Shown here in pieces: positions 10,848 to 21,648 of a DNA stretch of 64,000 bases. This DNA is from an uncultured delta proteobacterium (GTDB taxonomy: Bacteria > Desulfobacterota > Desulfomonilia > Desulfomonilales > Desulfomonilaceae). The notes under the pieces were generated by a model, which was not told the origin of the DNA, searched no databases, and was given only the letters and a program-made list of their open reading frames with translations. The stretch spans positions 256,001 through 320,000 of the forward strand of contig CAWBKB010000005.1 of NCBI GenBank assembly GCA_963789265.1. Direction: 5' to 3'. Numbering within the stretch: position 1 is the first letter of the stretch; each line of letters begins with the position of its first letter. The position numbers and the translations under genes are program-made.

Positions 10848-11045
10848 ATGAGAGTAACACTGTATATTGACGACGACCTATTGAAGAAAGCCTCGAATCT
10901 CACCGGTGTCAAGGAGAAAACTTCATTAGTGAGAATGGGCCTGGAAGCACTGATCGCTCGTGGGAGTGCTAGAAGACTTGCCGATCTCCGTGGGACTGAG
11001 AAGGACCTGAAATCTACCCCAAGAAGACGCTATATAAGCGAGTAA
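10848..11045 (+). CDS. vapB: VapB-family antitoxin (orphan)
   Basis: MRVTLYIDDDLLKKASNLTGVKEKTSLVRMGLEALIAR matches the RHH VapB (DUF2191-like) pattern; no PIN toxin downstream. Confidence 0.8.
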   Translation: MRVTLYIDDDLLKKASNLTGVKEKTSLVRMGLEALIARGSARRLADLRGTEKDLKSTPRRRYISE

Positions 11046-11127
11046 GCATGCCACTGGCAGATGGGGCCCAAACTGTCGGCGGAGTGCAGGAATGCTCCTT
11101 TAGTGCCGACGAAACTCTGTCGTCATT

Positions 11128-12558
11128 TTACGCATCGTTGCCGGATGAAGCTCGGTTGAGGGCGTCCCGTATAAGTCTTGGGATCAGCGAGGGCTGATCC
11201 TCCAAGAGGGTTCGGGGGTCTATAAGAACCGTATCGTCCTTGATCAGTGTTATTACCGGTGGAGTGCCCAGTCTGAGACTATGCTCCAAGCGTGCGGCCG
11301 ATATGTCCAGCGGACGAATGGCTACCCGCGGACCGGGGAGGTCTCCCATCGGCAGTGCACCGCCCCCTACTCTACCGATTCCCGGCTCGATGCTTACCTC
11401 AACTCGTGCGCCAACGACTTCGCGTATTGCGTCGGCAAGTTCAGCGGCAGTTTTCGCTAGCTCTGACTCGGACTTGGTTATCATCATCAGCGTTGGGATG
11501 CATGTGCTAGGCCCTTCGGGTCGGGTGTACTCAACGAGCGTGGCTTCCAGACCCGCAAGAGTCAGCTTGTCCATTCTAAGTGCCCGTGCGAGAGGATTTG
11601 TCTGCATCTTCTCGATAAGATCGGCACGACCGGCCAGAATCCCTGCCTGGGGTCCCCCGAGAAGCTTGTCCCCGCTAAAACTTACCACGTTGACGCCTTT
11701 GGCAAGAACATCCTGGACTGTAATTTCTTCCGGTAGGCCGTACGGCGACAGATCCACCAGACATCCGCTACCCAGGTCCATCATCGTGGGAATTCCATAT
11801 TCTTTCCCTATGGCCACCAACTCTCCCAGCTCGACCTCCCGAGTGAATCCCACGATTCGGTAATTGCTGGTGTGCACTTTCAGAATTAATGAGGTGTTTG
11901 CTCCGATTGCCTGAATGTAGTCCTTAGGATGCGTCCTATTGGTTGTGCCAACTTCTTTCAGGATTGCACCCGATTGAGCCATTACGTCAGGTATCCTGAA
12001 AGAGCCTCCGATTTCTATGAGTTCCCCTCTGGAAACTATGACTTCCCGTCCCTCAGCCAGACTAGACAATGCCAGCAAGACCGCAGCCGCATTATTATTG
12101 ACTGCCAGAGCGGCCTCAGCCCCTGTCAATTCCTCCATGAGTTCTCGGAGATGAGCGTTCCTTTCTCCTCTTCGTCCTTCTCCAAGGTTATATTCAAGAT
12201 TGGAATAGGACTGTGCGGCTTCCGATATCTTTTCAGCCACTCTCTTAGACAGAGGAGAACGTCCGAGATTAGTGTGAACGATCACTCCGGTCGCGTTTAT
12301 GACAGTGACGACCTTTGGCCCGACTGTTTCCAGAGCCAGGCGGGATGCCCGCCGAATCAGCGCGGAAATTGAGCAGTCCGCGTGTGATGCCTGACCCTGA
12401 CGGATTTCCTCTCGAAGTTCGTCCAAGGCGCGTCTCACCATCCGCTTGACAATTTCTTGGGAGTATTTCTCCCTGAGAGGCGCCAATTCCGAGGCGGACA
12501 AGAGGCCGTCCACCGAAGGGATCGAGCGAAACAAATCTGTGGCGTGCTCTTCTCCCAT
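11128..12558 (-). CDS. selA: L-seryl-tRNA(Sec) selenium transferase
   Basis: INATGVIVHTNLGRS, VNNNAAAV, SRGELIEIGGSFRIPDVM, EVGTTNRTH, FSGDKLLGGPQAG. Confidence 0.98.
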   Translation of the reverse strand: MGEEHATDLFRSIPSVDGLLSASELAPLREKYSQEIVKRMVRRALDELREEIRQGQASHADCSISALIRRASRLALETVGPKVVTVINATGVIVHTNLGRSPLSKRVAEKISEAAQSYSNLEYNLGEGRRGERNAHLRELMEELTGAEAALAVNNNAAAVLLALSSLAEGREVIVSRGELIEIGGSFRIPDVMAQSGAILKEVGTTNRTHPKDYIQAIGANTSLILKVHTSNYRIVGFTREVELGELVAIGKEYGIPTMMDLGSGCLVDLSPYGLPEEITVQDVLAKGVNVVSFSGDKLLGGPQAGILAGRADLIEKMQTNPLARALRMDKLTLAGLEATLVEYTRPEGPSTCIPTLMMITKSESELAKTAAELADAIREVVGARVEVSIEPGIGRVGGGALPMGDLPGPRVAIRPLDISAARLEHSLRLGTPPVITLIKDDTVLIDPRTLLEDQPSLIPRLIRDALNRASSGNDA

Positions 12559-12573
12559 AGGGAAGTTTCCTAA

Positions 12574-13104
12574 TCAGGACGAGGACTTCAGTTTGAAGGA
12601 ATTGATTGCGCTTTCGAACGCCGGAATGAATGATTTGAAATCCTTAGCCGGTGCCAAAAAGTCAACATCGATCATTTTCTTTTTGGTTATGACCAGCAAG
12701 TGCCAGGTGCGGAGACGTGTAGGATCGTCCGGGGCCTTTTCCTTAGACAACAAGGCATTTCCTCCCTTCACCTGAAGAGTGCGCACCTCTTCCAGGCTTT
12801 TGTCCGCCTCTGCAGCTTTTCGAAGTGCCTTGAAAAGCATATCCCCCGGAGGTGTAAAAAGGTCTCCTACCACCAGGTAAATCTCAGCGGAGCCTTTCTT
12901 CCATTTTAGTATCCCAGACTCGTCGACTGGCTCAGGCGTGAATCCTTCCGGAACTTTCATATCAAAGAACCTTCCTGCCTGCTCTGCAGCGGCGGGTTCT
13001 TGCTTTTTCGAAGCTCCAGACTTTTTCTCAGCCAACGCGGGGGAACAAATTAGAATTGTTGCCAGGCAGAGAATCCAGACTCTTGTCAAGTCAGCACGTC
13101 TCAC
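12574..13104 (-). CDS. Secreted hypothetical protein
   Basis: Signal peptide ending PALA; 176-aa ORF directly upstream of and co-oriented with selA. Confidence 0.75.
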   Translation of the reverse strand: MRRADLTRVWILCLATILICSPALAEKKSGASKKQEPAAAEQAGRFFDMKVPEGFTPEPVDESGILKWKKGSAEIYLVVGDLFTPPGDMLFKALRKAAEADKSLEEVRTLQVKGGNALLSKEKAPDDPTRLRTWHLLVITKKKMIDVDFLAPAKDFKSFIPAFESAINSFKLKSSS

Positions 13105-13181
13105 GTGAATTTCCTCCGTAAGAAATTATACCGCACTCAAGCCCCACACGAGCTGTCGATCTCCGGGAGAATTGACCTTGG

Positions 13182-14555
13182 ATGCGTCGATTGATAGCAT
13201 GGATAAATGTCTGTGTCAAAAGCATCATAACGAGGAAATCACACCTGCCGAAAAACGCCCTGGTAAGAGTTTTAGGTTGCAAGGTAAACCAAGCCGAAGC
13301 CGAAGCTATGGCTCGCGAGCTGGAGAGCTTAGGTTATCGCATTGAAGCTTCGGCCGATGCCCCGGACCTTGTCGTCGTAAACACCTGCTGCGTAACCTCG
13401 AAGGCAGAAGGAAAATCAAGGCGCATGGTCAGCGGTCTGGCGCACAAATTCCCTGGCGCACGGATAATCGTTACCGGCTGCCTTGCAGAAATAAATCCGT
13501 TCTCTTTGGAGAGCGCGGCTCCGGGCGCGATCTTGCTCGGGGCTTTTGCAAAGGATCGTCTAAGGGAGTTCATCGATGAGGTCGCGAATGATGTTGGCGT
13601 TGTAGCGGACAGCGGCGCCTCTCCCTGCACGACATGTGTCGATCGCGGCCCCCGAACGGCGAGGCACAGAGCCAGGGCTTTCTTGAAAGTCCAGGATGGT
13701 TGTTCCCAGTCATGCGCTTACTGCATAGTACCCGCTGCTAGAGGCCCGTCCAGAAGCTTGTCAGTGGATCAGCTCTTGCTCGGCGCACGCGATATGGATT
13801 CCGATGGATTCGCGGAGATAGTGTTAACGGGAGTCCATCTTGGAAGTTACGGCCGGGACTTTCATCCTCCGATGAGCCTTGAAGATTTACTGGAGCGCCT
13901 CCTGGAAAAGTGCCCGTCCGCGCGATTCAGATTGAGTTCCGTGGAACCCCAGGAGATCACTCCCAGCCTGATAGAACTTGTGGCCGGCAACCACAGAGCG
14001 TGCCGGCATTTCCATATTCCGTTACAAAGTGGCGATGACAACATCCTTAGCCGAATGAGAAGGCCGTATGACACCGCGTTCATCCGGCACCTGATAGACA
14101 GCATTTTCGCGCGAGTCCCTCAGACCTGCGTCGGCCTCGACATTATGGTGGGCTTCCCCGGTGAGGACGAAGAATCATTTAGAAGAACTGTGACTCTCAT
14201 TGAAGGATCTGGGGCCGCTTACCTGCATGTGTTCCCGTTTTCTCCCAGGCCCGGAACTCCGGCAGCCTCTTTCGAGCCGCGAGTGCCTGAGGGCATTGCT
14301 CGACGAAGGGCAAAGGAGTTAAGAGTATTATCCCAGACCCTGCGGCACCGTTTCTATGAACGCTTCGTGGGAACTACTTTTTCGGCTGTACGAGAGTCGG
14401 GACCCGACCCCGATACAGGGCTCATTGTCACGAGAACTGACAATTACATACCCGTGCATGTGCGCGGAGCTTCCGCTACTATCCGCAAGCGCACATTTCC
14501 GGTGACGCTGGAACGGGTTGTAGATCAGAAAGTGTTCGGAACGCTTTTAGTTTAA
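13182..14555 (+). CDS. mtaB: tRNA t6A37 methylthiotransferase (radical SAM)
   Basis: LGCKVNQAE, VNTCCVT, RAFLKVQDGCSQSCAYC, HFHIPLQSG, LHVFPFSPRPGT. Start uncertain. Confidence 0.9.
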   Translation: MRRLIAWINVCVKSIITRKSHLPKNALVRVLGCKVNQAEAEAMARELESLGYRIEASADAPDLVVVNTCCVTSKAEGKSRRMVSGLAHKFPGARIIVTGCLAEINPFSLESAAPGAILLGAFAKDRLREFIDEVANDVGVVADSGASPCTTCVDRGPRTARHRARAFLKVQDGCSQSCAYCIVPAARGPSRSLSVDQLLLGARDMDSDGFAEIVLTGVHLGSYGRDFHPPMSLEDLLERLLEKCPSARFRLSSVEPQEITPSLIELVAGNHRACRHFHIPLQSGDDNILSRMRRPYDTAFIRHLIDSIFARVPQTCVGLDIMVGFPGEDEESFRRTVTLIEGSGAAYLHVFPFSPRPGTPAASFEPRVPEGIARRRAKELRVLSQTLRHRFYERFVGTTFSAVRESGPDPDTGLIVTRTDNYIPVHVRGASATIRKRTFPVTLERVVDQKVFGTLLV

Positions 14556-14580
14556 ATTGCGGCTCTTTGATATTCCTGGA

Positions 14581-15028
14581 TCAATCGGAACCGGTCCGTC
14601 CTTCAGCAAATGGGTCGAAGAGAGTCACGTCCTTCATGGCCCCGAACGGGCATACAAGACCACACATACCGCAGGCGACGCATTTCTCCACGTCAAAAAC
14701 GGTCTTCTTATCAGGCTCCGCCACGCTGAGCGCTCCTGTTGGGCATAAGCCGGTACACGCGCCGCAGTGGACGCACTGCTCCTCTTCACGCCAGAACCTT
14801 ATCGGCGAGATATTCGACAACCACGTGATGGTCTTCGAGAAATGCAATTCCCTTCTTCAGGAGGTTCTCATCCCCCCGCAGTTCGAGAAGGATGCGGCCT
14901 TCTCTCCTCGGAAGTATCTTCGCCTCCAGAATATTGAAGACTAGATCGAAGTCTCTGGCAAGTCTGTAAATTACGGGCTTGTACATAATGTCTGATTTGA
15001 ATATGAGCAGAACGTTTTGGGAAGGCAT
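14581..15028 (-). CDS. NIL domain plus 2x[4Fe-4S] ferredoxin, homocysteine-biosynthesis partner (frameshift near 14795)
   Basis: KPVIYRLARDFDLVFNILEAKI (NIL) joins CVHCGACTGLCP...CVACGMCGLVCP if one base is removed at DKV/WRE. Confidence 0.88.
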
Positions 15029-15108
15029 GGTTTGGCCCCTTCTTTTCTATTAGGTTAGTGAAGTCCACTTCAGCAGTGGCACAATTCTATTCAACCGGTG
15101 TGCAGCGA

Positions 15109-15876
15109 TCATGTTCCTATCTTAGGCCCCGGTAACGGGACTAGTTCAACGTCTCCCAATGCGGCTATCTTGTCGGCCAGTATGACAAGTGCCCCGTTCA
15201 CACCGGGTACCTCCATGCCGCACTCGACTGCTTTCTTGAGGTCTCCTGCTTTCTGCACCCTGTTTCCTACTCGTGTAGCCACCGCATCGGCCAGAGGCAC
15301 ATCGCGGGCGACAACGGTAGCCGCGTCTGCGATGCCGAAACTGAGTGACGGACCTACAGTCCCTGACGATGTGCAAATTCCCAGCGGCACTGGAGTAGGT
15401 TCGATCCTAATTCCGATGCGACCGCTGAAAGGTGAATTCCCTGCATACAACCCTACGAGGACAGCTAGATCAACCTTTATGAAGATGTCTCCGCCGTTTT
15501 CTACTATGACTTCCGGAGACAAAGGCAAAAGACCCTTTCCGACAAACTCCGCTACTGCTCCTGCTACCGCAGCCATGGGCCCGGTGCCGGCCTTTTGAGC
15601 CGCTCTGATCATAGAAAGCACGAGAGGAGAATCAGCCGGGTCTTCTTCCAGAGGAACCAGACTCGTGAGAAACTCCGGCCGGCGTGCAATTGCGTTCTTG
15701 ATCTGGGCTCTGCTTTCCCGAATTAACTCCTTGGTCTCCTTTACCAGAGACGAGTGGGCATTCACGTACAGGTCCGTCGTTTCAATCGCAACCCTGAAGG
15801 GCTTGAACCGATCACTATGATCCAAGTTCCGGTAGTTTCTCGGTTCATAGACGGTTGGGGCTATCATAATGGGCAA
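15109..15876 (-). CDS. UPF0280 / ApbE-like protein (COG2122)
   Basis: GPMAAVAGAVAE, VENGGDI, CTSSGTVGPSLSFG, LADAVAT. Confidence 0.92.
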   Translation of the reverse strand: MPIMIAPTVYEPRNYRNLDHSDRFKPFRVAIETTDLYVNAHSSLVKETKELIRESRAQIKNAIARRPEFLTSLVPLEEDPADSPLVLSMIRAAQKAGTGPMAAVAGAVAEFVGKGLLPLSPEVIVENGGDIFIKVDLAVLVGLYAGNSPFSGRIGIRIEPTPVPLGICTSSGTVGPSLSFGIADAATVVARDVPLADAVATRVGNRVQKAGDLKKAVECGMEVPGVNGALVILADKIAALGDVELVPLPGPKIGT

Positions 15877-15882
15877 CTGCCT

Positions 15883-17073
15883 CTAACTCTGAAAAGCCTC
15901 GAAAGGAATCGAAGGGATAGTCTCCTGAGGTTCGCCGAGCAAGAATCGTCCTGAGTTGATCCATTCTTTTAAAATCGTGGCTATTTCACGCGCAGCGGAA
16001 TAACTGGAGAGCGGAGCGGCAGTAATTTTCCGCCCATTCAACGTTATCTCACCGCTCCTGAGCTGGCTGTAAGTGACATAGCTAATTACCGAGCCATCCC
16101 CTTCAGGGTAGCTGCCACCATAGTCAACTACCGGAACGAATATCTCATCATCTGATACTGAGGTAAAACGGGCCATTTCTTCGTTCAAAATCGGGATCGG
16201 GATACCTATTCCAACGTTCAGCGAACACCCATAGCCGGTCAAGGATGCGCCTCGCAGGAATTTTGCCGACATGCCCTTCAGATCGCCGCGCACCGAAATA
16301 GTACCCGCTCCTCCCATAACGACTCCGTTCTGGGACCTTTTTACGGTAGGTGTATGCTGTGTTCCGGCTCCAATCACGTACCCTACGCCTCCTCCGAGGA
16401 ATATCCGCGTGCCTATTCCTATAGTTTTGTAGAGCGGGTCGTTCAGGAGAGGACTCAATTGACCTGATGTCGAATAATTTGCATTCATACATTCAGGCCT
16501 GAGTATGCCCATGTATGTATATATGGTTCTCTTGGAAAGATTTATTGCGCAGTTATAGTTCTGATATGCATTTCTGGGATTAAGAAGCACCGCGTCGGGG
16601 AAGTCCTTTAGCATCATTTTGGATTCGTAAGAGCGCTTTGGATAGCAATCCGTGCCATACGAGGTAGCTTGCAGGAGCACCTCGCGGCCGGCGACCAGAT
16701 CCTCGATCACATGGCCTCCCCCGTATCGGAAGCGGCCCGGGAAAACTTTGTTAAGCGGATCGTCTTCTCTTGTCTGAGTGGCTCCAATATAGCAATCTAC
16801 CGCGGCCACCCCGGCATACGCTTCGACGTTATTGAGATAAACTTTGGAAGCCCTGATTCTAGGTTTCGTGTGACCGAAATTGAGAAAAGCTCCGGATGAG
16901 CACATTATTCCGAACGTTCCAGTCGTCACCACGTCCACTCTTTCCGCCGCTTCCACCGGGCCGGACTCTTTCGCAATGCCGATCATCTCCTCGGCGGTAA
17001 CTACCACCGCTTGGCCTTGCCTGATCTTTTCATTGATCTGGGCAAATGTTTTATTCACGCGAAATTCAGACAT
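15883..17073 (-). CDS. Homocysteine biosynthesis enzyme (L-aspartate semialdehyde sulfurtransferase, DUF39)
   Basis: INEKI..G.AVVVTAEE, VDVVTTGTFGIMCSSGA, YGGGHVIEDL, NPRNAYQNY, LSPLLNDP; no CBS pair. Confidence 0.93.
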   Translation of the reverse strand: MSEFRVNKTFAQINEKIRQGQAVVVTAEEMIGIAKESGPVEAAERVDVVTTGTFGIMCSSGAFLNFGHTKPRIRASKVYLNNVEAYAGVAAVDCYIGATQTREDDPLNKVFPGRFRYGGGHVIEDLVAGREVLLQATSYGTDCYPKRSYESKMMLKDFPDAVLLNPRNAYQNYNCAINLSKRTIYTYMGILRPECMNANYSTSGQLSPLLNDPLYKTIGIGTRIFLGGGVGYVIGAGTQHTPTVKRSQNGVVMGGAGTISVRGDLKGMSAKFLRGASLTGYGCSLNVGIGIPIPILNEEMARFTSVSDDEIFVPVVDYGGSYPEGDGSVISYVTYSQLRSGEITLNGRKITAAPLSSYSAAREIATILKEWINSGRFLLGEPQETIPSIPFEAFQS

Positions 17074-17428
17074 TTGGAACCTCCCCACGGATCTTTTCCG
17101 CATCCGGTCCTGAATATTGAGATTACTCTTTCTGAGTCATTCGGTCAAGAATATCCAAGAACGGGGCAGCAGTACCCCGTAGGCCACCGCACCGGACAAA
17201 CGATATTTTACATTAAAAGTACCGTCGCCGAATAGGTGTTTTTCGCGACATTCTAGTTTTGAATATCCGGTTTATGTGGCACAATCGGTCTGCAACGGAT
17301 GCCCGAAAACGACGCCATCAGACCGGAGGCAACGCGGCTGCCGGACGAGGCTAAATTGCGACTACCCCAAAGATACTTTAGGACCATACATTGCCCGGTT
17401 GCAACCGAGACAAGTCAAGGAGATAGAG

Positions 17429-17791
17429 ATGGATGTCCAAAAGATCATTTTTGATTCCATCCACGAGGCAACGGCGGCCATAGACGGCCTGGGTGCGGAT
17501 AACAGCCAGATGATGGCAACTCGGGCGGTTCACATCAACGTCCTAGTCCGACAAGTGCCGGGTCCCTTAGCCCGGTTTCTGAAAACCGTTTATAACGACA
17601 TCGGGGCCGAGGCGGCAATAAGTCACGATGCATACTTCGACGAGCAAGGAGCCGTCACAGATATGATTGTCATGGGTACCCTTTACCAGCACCGCGAAGT
17701 AAGGCGAATCCTCACGGACAACTCAAAAATTAGACCCTTGCTCGATGCGATCGAGACCGTAGTTGAGAATGCTCCGGAAAGCCGAGAATAG
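17429..17791 (+). CDS. Hypothetical protein resembling the N-terminal extension of long dihydropteroate synthases
   Basis: SD AAGGAG; motifs MATRAVHINV, IGAEAAIS and TDMIVMGTLYQ recall that extension (recognition from memory, not searched). Confidence 0.6.
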   Translation: MDVQKIIFDSIHEATAAIDGLGADNSQMMATRAVHINVLVRQVPGPLARFLKTVYNDIGAEAAISHDAYFDEQGAVTDMIVMGTLYQHREVRRILTDNSKIRPLLDAIETVVENAPESRE

Positions 17792-17925
17792 CGACAGAGC
17801 TAAATACGTATCGTCCCCATATCGGGATGGGGAGTACAGGTATTTCCCGTATTCTTGAATGAGGTGCATTATACCCCGTATCACCAAATCATTCCGAGTG
17901 TCGGTCATTGCTTTAGCGAATCGCT

Positions 17926-19393
17926 TCAATCTTTGGCTCGGGCCATACGTTTCCAAAGACGGGACTTCTTCGCCGATTTTGAAATCTTGCGACCTATCGC
18001 GTTCCCAAGGGCAATCGGCAAGCTGAAGATGAAAACGGGAAATGTCTTAACATCCAGAACGCCGACCCGTATGAGCTTGCTCATCATACGCAAGATCTGC
18101 GCCGGGGAGTAGAATTTTCGGGTTATTTGCTTGCTGATTCGTTTTAGCCCCGGCCGACCGAGGGACTCTGAGTAAACAATGGAATCATCGCCTATGTAGT
18201 ACCCGGGAGTAGCTTCAACGAGATCCCTCAGTGGCGAGTACCTTCTCGATTCGCAGTTTTTGATACGTGATAGAGTCGAGACCCAATTCCTTGGCAAAGA
18301 CAGGGATCTGCATCATCTCTTCTTCAGTTTCGCTCACATTCCCGTAAATGAAGTACCCGTGGTAATAAAACGGATACCGGTGGAATGTCCTAAAGGCCTG
18401 CCTTAGTTTTGCGGTGTCGAACCCCTTGTTGAGTTGTTCCAGAATACGATCCTGAGGAGATTCGATCCCCAGGAGCAACGCCTTGATCCCCGCGCGAACC
18501 GCCATTTCAAGGACGTCCGGGTGTTCGAATATTTCAATTCTGGCCTGAACGATAAACTTCTTTTTTATTCTTTCAGCGACGATTCTCTCACAGATCCTCT
18601 TAGCTCGCTGGGGGTTCACAAAGAAATTTTCATCCGCGATAAGTATCTTATCCGCGGACATCTGCCGCATTTCTTCCATGACTGAATCGATTGAACGAGC
18701 GGAGTAGCTCCGTTTCTGCCCTAAAGGGTTCAAATTGAAAGTACAGAATTTGCAATTATAAGGACAGCCTCGGGACGTGAGTATGATGTCGAACTGCTCG
18801 CTCCGCAAAGTAAGTCCCCCGACGTTCATGTGGTAATCTTGTCGCCTCAGGCCGCGGTCCGGGTATTTGTATTCGTCCACCTCCGGAAGGGGTCGATTTT
18901 CGTTATGCAGTATCCTGTCCCCATCTCGATAGGATATACCCGCTATGTCCTTGAAATCCTTTCCCTGAGCGACCTCTACTATGCTTTCCTCCCCTTCTCC
19001 TCTAACGATGAGATCCACATTGGGACAGGATTCGAAAATTTCCTGGACGCAGTCGGTCGCCTGCTTTCCTCCAACGACTGTGGTAATCGAAGACGGGAGC
19101 GAACTGACAAGTTCGCAAACTTCGCGAAAGTTGTACTCCCAGTTGATGCTTATGCAGAGCAGATCGATTTCTTCCGCGATGAAGCGCCTAAGTTTCTTAG
19201 GGTCCCGGAGGGGGTCCGGAAGCCTCAAATCCAGAAAGGTCAATTTCTTCACTTGGGGGCTGAGTGCAGCGGCTACGTATTCCAGACCGACAGGGGGGAA
19301 CACGGCCAAGCCTAAGGATCCCGAATGGCTATCGCGAAAATAGGGATGAAGACACAGTGCATGCGGATATGAAGTGGTCAAACGCTGTTCCAT
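17926..19393 (-). CDS. Cobalamin-binding radical SAM protein (frameshift near 18241)
   Basis: FPPVGLEYVAA, VRGEGE, TSRGCPYNCKFC, DENF, LGIES; joins at RIEK/YSPL. Confidence 0.88.
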
Positions 19394-19934
19394 CCTCGAC
19401 ATCACAGGAAGCGGATAATGTCCCGAATTCATATTGGCTGAGTATCCGATGGTTCCGTGATGCGTTTCATCTCGGCACCAGGCGATCATTGCTCCGGAGC
19501 GCGGAGACGGTTCGAAAGGGCAAATCTAGAACCGAAGGAAGGTTGTGTCAAGTACAGGTCCATATAACGAGTTACTCACAATTCTGCACGGAGGAAGAGA
19601 CCAATGTAACTGACTTGACATTTTGAGCTTTTGAAGTCGGATTCAGCGATCACGCTCGAAAGTTTATCTTGAAATGATGAAGGGTTGATTCAGCGAGGAG
19701 AGGCATCTTGGAGCGTCCACTAGGGCGCCCCGATTAACCCCTATTTATGAAGCGTCGACCGGCCCGTCAAGATCCTGCCAATCAAACCCCGCTTTTGCGT
19801 AACTTCGCGCACGAGTGGGCTTCGCGCACTGAAATACTGAGTTACTATGGTTGGCAAGCCTGGAGATCGCCGACGCTGTTGGTATCATGGTTACACGAAT
19901 GCAGGCAAATCCCGCGGGACTGAGCAACCGCTTC

Positions 19935-20395
19935 TTAGGGCCGTTTGGCGGAGCGCGTGTCCCTCGGCGGCACTTTTTTCATTACCACTGAGTTGTTGCG
20001 CACCTCAATGCTGGAGTCTACGTCGACCATGGCTTGACGTGGAGAAAGACTTAGGCTGTGCTGGCTATTGAACAGTTTCAGGACTCGGTCCCTGCCCAGG
20101 ATTTCCCGCATTTCCAAACCTATTTCAATGAGTATTCCTTCGCTATTAAAATGGTACATAGCGTAACGAAACAGATTGTCTCCACGGATAATCTCCCCAA
20201 TCTCGTCTCCCATGTCATCATAGGAAAAATGGAGAGGACTTTGTTGCAAAAGGCCCAGGACCTGGCCTTTATTCATTCCCAGCTTGATGTCCCGGTAGCC
20301 TTCGGGGATCTTGGCCTCGGCAGAGGAGAATGCCGCCGCGACGACAATCACGCATAGGATTACAATTGAGCCAGGCGCGCAGTCGCACTATTCAT
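19935..20395 (-). CDS. Secreted hypothetical protein (probable frameshift near 20371)
   Basis: SD GGAGG before ATG 20395; signal peptide restored by adding one base at CCTGG; mature part begins KIPEGYRDIKLGM. Confidence 0.65.
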
Positions 20396-20559
20396 TTAAT
20401 CCTCCGGTATTTGTTTGAATGTTGATTCTATAATACACCATCATAAACCTACATAAAAGTGAAACTTGTAGTCAAGCACAAACTTTGTCGCCGGATGATC
20501 GAGACGACGCTCGTACTGCGCCTCTACCAAACGGCGAAAAAAAGCTCCGTCGATGGAGA

Positions 20560-21591
20560 CTAAAGGGACCCGTCGGATCCTCCTGTTCTATGCAACGCTC
20601 CTGGAAGAGTACGATAAGATGGCATTAGACCCTTATGTCCGGGCGCAGGTGTGCCGCGGTGCAGAAAAGGCCTTTGCAGAAGATTGTTTCGCGCCCCGGG
20701 GCCGGGAAAGCTCCTCGACAAGGCCCTAGCAATGACTTTCTTGATCACATCGACGGGAATTGCAAAGCCTATTCCCACAGATCCACCATTTTCGGATACT
20801 ATGGCTGTGTTTAGCCCAACCACTTGTCCCTCTATGTTCACCAGCGGGCCTCCGGAGTTGCCCTGATTGATTGCCGCATCGGTCTGTATGAAATTTGCAT
20901 AGTGGAGACGCCCGATGTCCGCGGAGCGCCCTTTGGCGCTTACTATCCCGGCCGTGACTGTTTGCGTAAGCCCAAAGGGATTTCCGACCGCCAGCACCCA
21001 GTCCCCCACTTCGAGAGTCCTTGAGTCTCCGAGTCTCGCGACAGGCAGATTTCGCGCGTTGATCTTGATTATCGCCACGTCGGTCTTTGGATCTGAGTAC
21101 ACTACTGCGGCCTTGTACTTCTTTTTGCCTTCGAGCGTCACATAGATCTCATCGGCACCGGCTATAACGTGGCGGTTGGTTACTATATCACCCCTCGGGT
21201 CAATAATGAATCCCGAGCCCAGCCCCTTTTGGCGGAATCGCCTAGTTCCGCCCGGGCCACCGAAAAACTGTTTGAAAAACTGGTCTCCGAAGAATTCTCG
21301 AAACGGACTGTTACGGAAGAAAGGATCCAGGTCAGGCACGGCACCCCGGGCAGTAATAGTGGAAACTGACGAAACGTTGACCACAGAGGGCTTGACAGTT
21401 CGTACAACAGATCTGAAAGCCTGCTGTAAATTCATGAGCCCCCGATTGGGAACGGTCTGGCTTAGTGCAGCGGACGAACCAACTACCGGGAGGATGACCA
21501 TAAATCCCAGAATCAAAGCTTTATTGACGCGATTCAAGTCTGTTTGCCTCAAGCAATGTTTTATGTTGAAAAGAGGGTGATCTGAAAACAT
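20560..21591 (-). CDS. HtrA/DegP-like trypsin serine protease lacking PDZ domains
   Basis: GLGSGFII, TNRHV, TDVAIIK, IQTDAAINQGNSGGPL, GIGFAIP; short low-complexity tail. Confidence 0.9.
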   Translation of the reverse strand: MFSDHPLFNIKHCLRQTDLNRVNKALILGFMVILPVVGSSAALSQTVPNRGLMNLQQAFRSVVRTVKPSVVNVSSVSTITARGAVPDLDPFFRNSPFREFFGDQFFKQFFGGPGGTRRFRQKGLGSGFIIDPRGDIVTNRHVIAGADEIYVTLEGKKKYKAAVVYSDPKTDVAIIKINARNLPVARLGDSRTLEVGDWVLAVGNPFGLTQTVTAGIVSAKGRSADIGRLHYANFIQTDAAINQGNSGGPLVNIEGQVVGLNTAIVSENGGSVGIGFAIPVDVIKKVIARALSRSFPGPGARNNLLQRPFLHRGTPAPGHKGLMPSYRTLPGALHRTGGSDGSL

Positions 21592-21648
21592 TTCTACTCC
21601 TTCGAATATATGAACAGTCGCGGTATTGGATAAACCTCGACCTCGTTC

